This document shows positions 60,679 through 64,000 of a stretch of 64,000 nucleotides of DNA, piece by piece. Origin of the DNA: Nannocystis sp. ILAH1 (lineage in GTDB: Bacteria; Myxococcota_A; Polyangia; Nannocystales; Nannocystaceae). A program made the position numbers and the translations under genes. Location: NCBI RefSeq assembly GCF_026626585.1, contig NZ_JAPNKD010000014.1, forward strand, positions 285,207-349,206. The letters run 5' to 3'. The notes under the pieces are model-generated. The model was not told the DNA's origin. It saw only the letters and a program-made list of their open reading frames with translations, and did not search any database. The stretch's first letter is position 1; the number at the start of each line of letters is the position of its first letter.

Positions 60679-61143
60679 GTGCGGGCGCCGTCGATCCGGC
60701 TGGCGCGGCCTGCTGACCTCGCCGCGATCGCCACGGTCCATGCTGCCTCGGTGCGAGCGCTGTGCGCCGGCCACTACTCGCCGCAGGCGATCGAGCAGTG
60801 GCTCGCGCCGAGCCCGGGGCTGTACGACCGCATGCTGCGCTCATCGACGGTCTACGTGGCCGAGCGCGCCGGGCAAGTGGTGGCGTTCGCGGCCGTCCGC
60901 CTGGCGACCCGCGAGGTGCGAGCGATGTACGTCAGCCCGGGGGCGACCGGCGGCGGGCTCGGCCTGCGGCTGATGCAGCGCGTCGAGCGAGTCGCCCGAG
61001 CGTTCGGCGCCGCGGAGCTGCGCTTGTCGGCCACGCTCAACGCCGTCGGCTTCTACGAGCGGCTCGGCTGGCGCCGCGACAGCCGCGACAGCGGCTCGAG
61101 ATCGCCGCAGCGCTGCGTGGCGATGCGCAAGCGGCTGATGTGA
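60679..61143 (+). CDS. GNAT family N-acetyltransferase
   Basis: It has a GTG start and the acetyl-CoA binding motif (AMYVSPGATGGGLGLRLM). The product is 154 aa. Confidence 0.7.
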   Translation: MRAPSIRLARPADLAAIATVHAASVRALCAGHYSPQAIEQWLAPSPGLYDRMLRSSTVYVAERAGQVVAFAAVRLATREVRAMYVSPGATGGGLGLRLMQRVERVARAFGAAELRLSATLNAVGFYERLGWRRDSRDSGSRSPQRCVAMRKRLM

Positions 61144-61200
61144 GACGGTCCGCGGGTGCGCCTGCGACCGCGAAGGTCGGGTGGGGCGGGCGGAGCGAGG

Positions 61201-61380
61201 TGTCTTGAGGGACAGATGAGGCAGAGGTGTCGGCGTCGCGGTTTCGAGGACTGACCCGAGAGACAGGTGAAATTCGCAGACTCGGGGTCGATAGATGGCT
61301 GTCTCATGAGACAGGTGAAGTCGACGGGGTGCTGACGTTGGCTGTCCCGAGGGACAGGCCGAGCGTCCGCGGGCGTGAGG
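61201..61380. repeat. Cluster of GACAG/GACATG palindrome-family elements
   Basis: gagggacagatgagg, gagagacaggtgaa, ggctgtctcatgagacaggtgaag and ggctgtcccgagggacaggcc. Confidence 0.5.
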
Positions 61381-61525
61381 CTGCGAGGCCTCGCCCGATC
61401 GCGTTCGCCACCGCGGCAGGCGCGGCTCGTGTGAAAGCGCGCGCGAGGAAACCGCGGCCGCGGCGGCGCGCGCTCCGGTCGCACGGGTCGTCAGGGCGGT
61501 GGCGCCGGGGTACATTCGCGCGCCC

Positions 61526-62080
61526 ATGACGAGCGCGATGGTCCGCCTGTTCCCGCCCCGTACGCCCGCCGCCGTGCTGACCGCGGGGTGGGGCATGCTC
61601 GGGGTGGTCGCGTTGCTGGCGAGCGCGCTCGTCCGCCTGACGCCGCTGGCGATCGAGCCGCTGACGACCGGGATGACGCCGCTGCAGTGGGGGCTGTACG
61701 TCGGCTGGTCGCTGTTCAACCTGTACGCCGAGGGCTACAAGGGCTTCCAGAAGGCGTTCGTGCCGCGCGCGGTGGCGCGGGCGTTCTACCTGGCCCGCTA
61801 CCCGCGGCCGCTGCACGTGGCCCTGGCGCCGCTGTTCTGCATGGGGCTGTTCTACGCCAACCGCAAGCGGCTCATCCTGTCGTGGGGCCTGGTGATCGGG
61901 GTGACTGCGCTCGTCACTCTGGTCCGCGGCCTGGACCAACCGTGGCGCGGGATCGTCGACGCGGGGGTGGTGCTCGGGCTGTCCTACGGGACAGTCGCGC
62001 TGCTGATCGCGTTCGTCGCGGTGCTGCGCGGGCGGCCGATCACCGTGTCGCCCCAGGTGCCGGACGGGGCGCCGCAGTAG
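61526..62080 (+). CDS. Integral membrane protein, unknown function
   Basis: The product has 4-5 predicted TM helices. The start is ambiguous (61499 or 61526). Confidence 0.5.
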   Translation: MTSAMVRLFPPRTPAAVLTAGWGMLGVVALLASALVRLTPLAIEPLTTGMTPLQWGLYVGWSLFNLYAEGYKGFQKAFVPRAVARAFYLARYPRPLHVALAPLFCMGLFYANRKRLILSWGLVIGVTALVTLVRGLDQPWRGIVDAGVVLGLSYGTVALLIAFVAVLRGRPITVSPQVPDGAPQ

Positions 62081-62137
62081 GCTGGCCTTCGGGACAGGCT
62101 GTCCGGGAGGCCAGGCGCGGCGCCGGCCGGATGCAGC

Positions 62138-62950
62138 TCAGTTGTGCGAGACGAGGCCGTACTCGACGCACTCGTCCTGGGTCGGCTTGTCGAGGCGGAC
62201 GTAGACCTGGATGTCGTCGGAGCTGCCGGAGCAGTTGAAGTCGGACACCGTGAAGGTCGCGCCGCCGCAGCAGCCGGGGCGCAGGGCGCCGGACAGGGCG
62301 GTCTGCGTACCCTCGGGGCAGGTGATTTCGGTGCCGACGGCGCCGCCCTGGTCGCACTCGATGAACTGACACACGCGCACGCTCGCGGACGAGGTGACTT
62401 TGACGGTCGGCTCGGCGACGTGGCCGAAGGTGTCGAGGCCGTGGTAGGTGTACCAGTCGACGTCGCCGGCGCCGCTGAGCACGCCGTCGGCCATGACTGT
62501 GATGTCGTCGTCGTCGGTGATCTCGCCCAGGTCCTGGGCGTTCGCCTCGGTGTCGTCGGGCTCGCCGAGGTCGCCGTCGCAGGCCACCGCGGGCACGCAG
62601 ATGCCGTCGACGCACTCGAGGCCGTCGGCGCAGGCGTCCCCGTCGCACACGCAGTTGGCCTGGCCGGGATCGCAGATCGGGCCGGTCGTGCCGGTCGGCT
62701 CGTCGGTGGTGCTGCCGGTGGTGGTCGTCGTCGAGGTCGACGTCGGGTCGCCGGTCGTGGTGCCGTCGCTGGTGGTCGGCGTCGGACCGGTCGAGGTGCC
62801 GGTCGTCGTGGTCGAGTCGTCGGTGGTCGACGGATCGGTGCCCACGGTGGCCGTGGTGACGCCGCTGTTGCTGCTGCTGTCGCCCGGCTCGTCGCCGGTG
62901 CTGCAAGCGAAGAGGGCGAGCGAGGTGAGGAGCAGCGTCGCGCGTGTCAT
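62138..62950 (-). CDS. Lipoprotein with Thr-rich linker and Cys-rich domain
   Basis: It has a lipobox (LALFAC), a (T/S)-rich linker, and then CDPGQANCVCDGDACADGLECVDGIC modules. Confidence 0.6.
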   Translation of the reverse strand: MTRATLLLTSLALFACSTGDEPGDSSSNSGVTTATVGTDPSTTDDSTTTTGTSTGPTPTTSDGTTTGDPTSTSTTTTTGSTTDEPTGTTGPICDPGQANCVCDGDACADGLECVDGICVPAVACDGDLGEPDDTEANAQDLGEITDDDDITVMADGVLSGAGDVDWYTYHGLDTFGHVAEPTVKVTSSASVRVCQFIECDQGGAVGTEITCPEGTQTALSGALRPGCCGGATFTVSDFNCSGSSDDIQVYVRLDKPTQDECVEYGLVSHN

Positions 62951-62951
62951 C

Positions 62952-63347
62952 TCAGTTCACCGCGTAGGGGATGTTGAGGGCGAACGGAGCGATCTCGGCG
63001 TCGAACTGCTGGCCGTCGTCGCTGACCATCTGGTAGGTGCCGCGCATGGTGCCGTAGGCGGTCTTGAGCGGGCAGCCCGAGGTGTACTCGAACGACTCGC
63101 CGGGCGCGAGGACCGGCTGGGCCCCGACGACGCCGGCGCCGCGGACCTCCTCGGTGCGGCCGTTGGCGTCGGTGATGACCCAGTGACGGCTGACGAGCTG
63201 CACCGTGTCGATGCCCTCGTTGGAGATCTTCACGGTATAGGCGAAGAACCACTGCCGCTCGCTCTGGCTGGCGTGCGAGTGTTCGGGGAGGTACTGCGAT
63301 GCGACGCGCACGCGCACGCCGTTGGTGATCGCCTCGGAGGTCGACAC
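62952..63347 (-). CDS. apaG: ApaG (DUF525) protein
   Basis: The ApaG fold pattern is present (VRVRVASQYLPEHS...QWFFAYTVKISNEG...VQLVSRHWVITDANGRTEEVRGAGVVGAQPVLAPGESFEYTSG). A GTG start is chosen. Confidence 0.7.
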   Translation of the reverse strand: MSTSEAITNGVRVRVASQYLPEHSHASQSERQWFFAYTVKISNEGIDTVQLVSRHWVITDANGRTEEVRGAGVVGAQPVLAPGESFEYTSGCPLKTAYGTMRGTYQMVSDDGQQFDAEIAPFALNIPYAVN

Positions 63348-63456
63348 GGGCCATCTATACGCCGCGCGCACGCCCGCCGACAAGCGGGCCCGGACTCGCG
63401 CGTTCGGGCGTCGTGACCCGTCGTGGCGCCGCTTCGGCGCGGCCGCGCAAGAATTC

Positions 63457-63975
63457 TCATTCACCGGTCGGCGCGGCGCAGGCCTCGGCCTCGGCCTCGC
63501 AGCCGGCGGGGCTGTCGTCCATGAGGAGGAAGCCGATGCACGCCAGGCACACCGGGTCCATCAAGGTGTCGGCGGTGCAAGCCTCGCTCTCGAAGCAGGA
63601 CATGCCGACGCAGAGGGCCAGCTCGAAGGCCTTGCCGGCCTCTTCGGGCGAGAGGCCGTCGGCGCACATCTGGGCGCACTCGAGGTCGAGGCTGAGGGCG
63701 CACGGGAGGACGCAGTCGAGCAGCTCGCCGCAAGTCGGCGGCGGCTCCGGCGCGAGGGTGGTGCTGCTGCCGCCGGTGGTGGTGTCGCCGCCGGTGGTGG
63801 TCGTCGTGCTCGTGAGCTCGCCGGTGGTCGGCGGCTCACCGGTGGTGGTCGTGGTGCCGGTGCTGGTGCTGGTGGTGGCGGGCTGGTCGAGCCCGCCGAG
63901 CAGGTCGTCGCTGTTGCAGGCGGTGCTGATGCAGGGGGCGACCACCAGGGCGAGGAGCGACGCACGACGCGACAT
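63457..63975 (-). CDS. Lipoprotein with Thr-rich linker and Cys-rich domain
   Basis: It has a lipobox (ISTAC) and T-rich repeats, and 12 Cys in the C-terminal half. Confidence 0.6.
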   Translation of the reverse strand: MSRRASLLALVVAPCISTACNSDDLLGGLDQPATTSTSTGTTTTTGEPPTTGELTSTTTTTGGDTTTGGSSTTLAPEPPPTCGELLDCVLPCALSLDLECAQMCADGLSPEEAGKAFELALCVGMSCFESEACTADTLMDPVCLACIGFLLMDDSPAGCEAEAEACAAPTGE

Positions 63976-64000
63976 GCGTCCGTCACGATAGCAGGTGCAA

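Overview
This 64 kb window is about 70% GC. It looks like a chromosomal segment from a myxobacterium (Myxococcota). Supporting signs are a MYXO-CTERM sorting tail, an AgmX/PglI-type C-terminal domain, many lipoproteins with Thr-rich linkers and Cys-rich modules, and several Ser/Thr kinases. Housekeeping genes (carB-greA, purT, metG, apaG, an ABC-F ATPase, a glycine-rich RRM protein) are interleaved with accessory genes. The accessory genes include TetR and AraC/GlxA regulators, a FadL/TodX porin, an MFS transporter next to a radical-SAM/SPASM maturase, an M4 metalloprotease, a lytic transglycosylase, a STAND-type kinase and a HEPN protein. No rRNA, convincing tRNA, transposase or CRISPR array was found. 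The most unusual content is a tight six-gene minus-strand operon (31807..38076). It carries a SiaA/SiaB/SiaC-type partner-switching module (HAMP-PP2C phosphatase, GHKL serine kinase, DUF1987 protein), but the output gene is a class III adenylate/guanylate cyclase instead of a GGDEF enzyme. The operon also has a second, upstream pair made of a GHKL-like protein and a DUF1987-like domain fused to a SAM methyltransferase. A cNMP-binding Ser/Thr kinase lies convergent to the cyclase. Other notable signals are a dispersed 22-bp palindromic element (CCTTCGGGACATGTCCCGAAGG and variants) present in almost every intergenic region and in a few in-frame intragenic positions, two degenerate tandem-repeat arrays (about 4060..4580 and 45850..46370), and a strong intrinsic terminator on the minus strand at 45262..45296 that may end an unannotated small RNA. 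Gene coordinates are derived from the ORF track. Start codons are often ambiguous (GTG starts, weak SD sequences), and my base indexing may be off by 1 nt in places.
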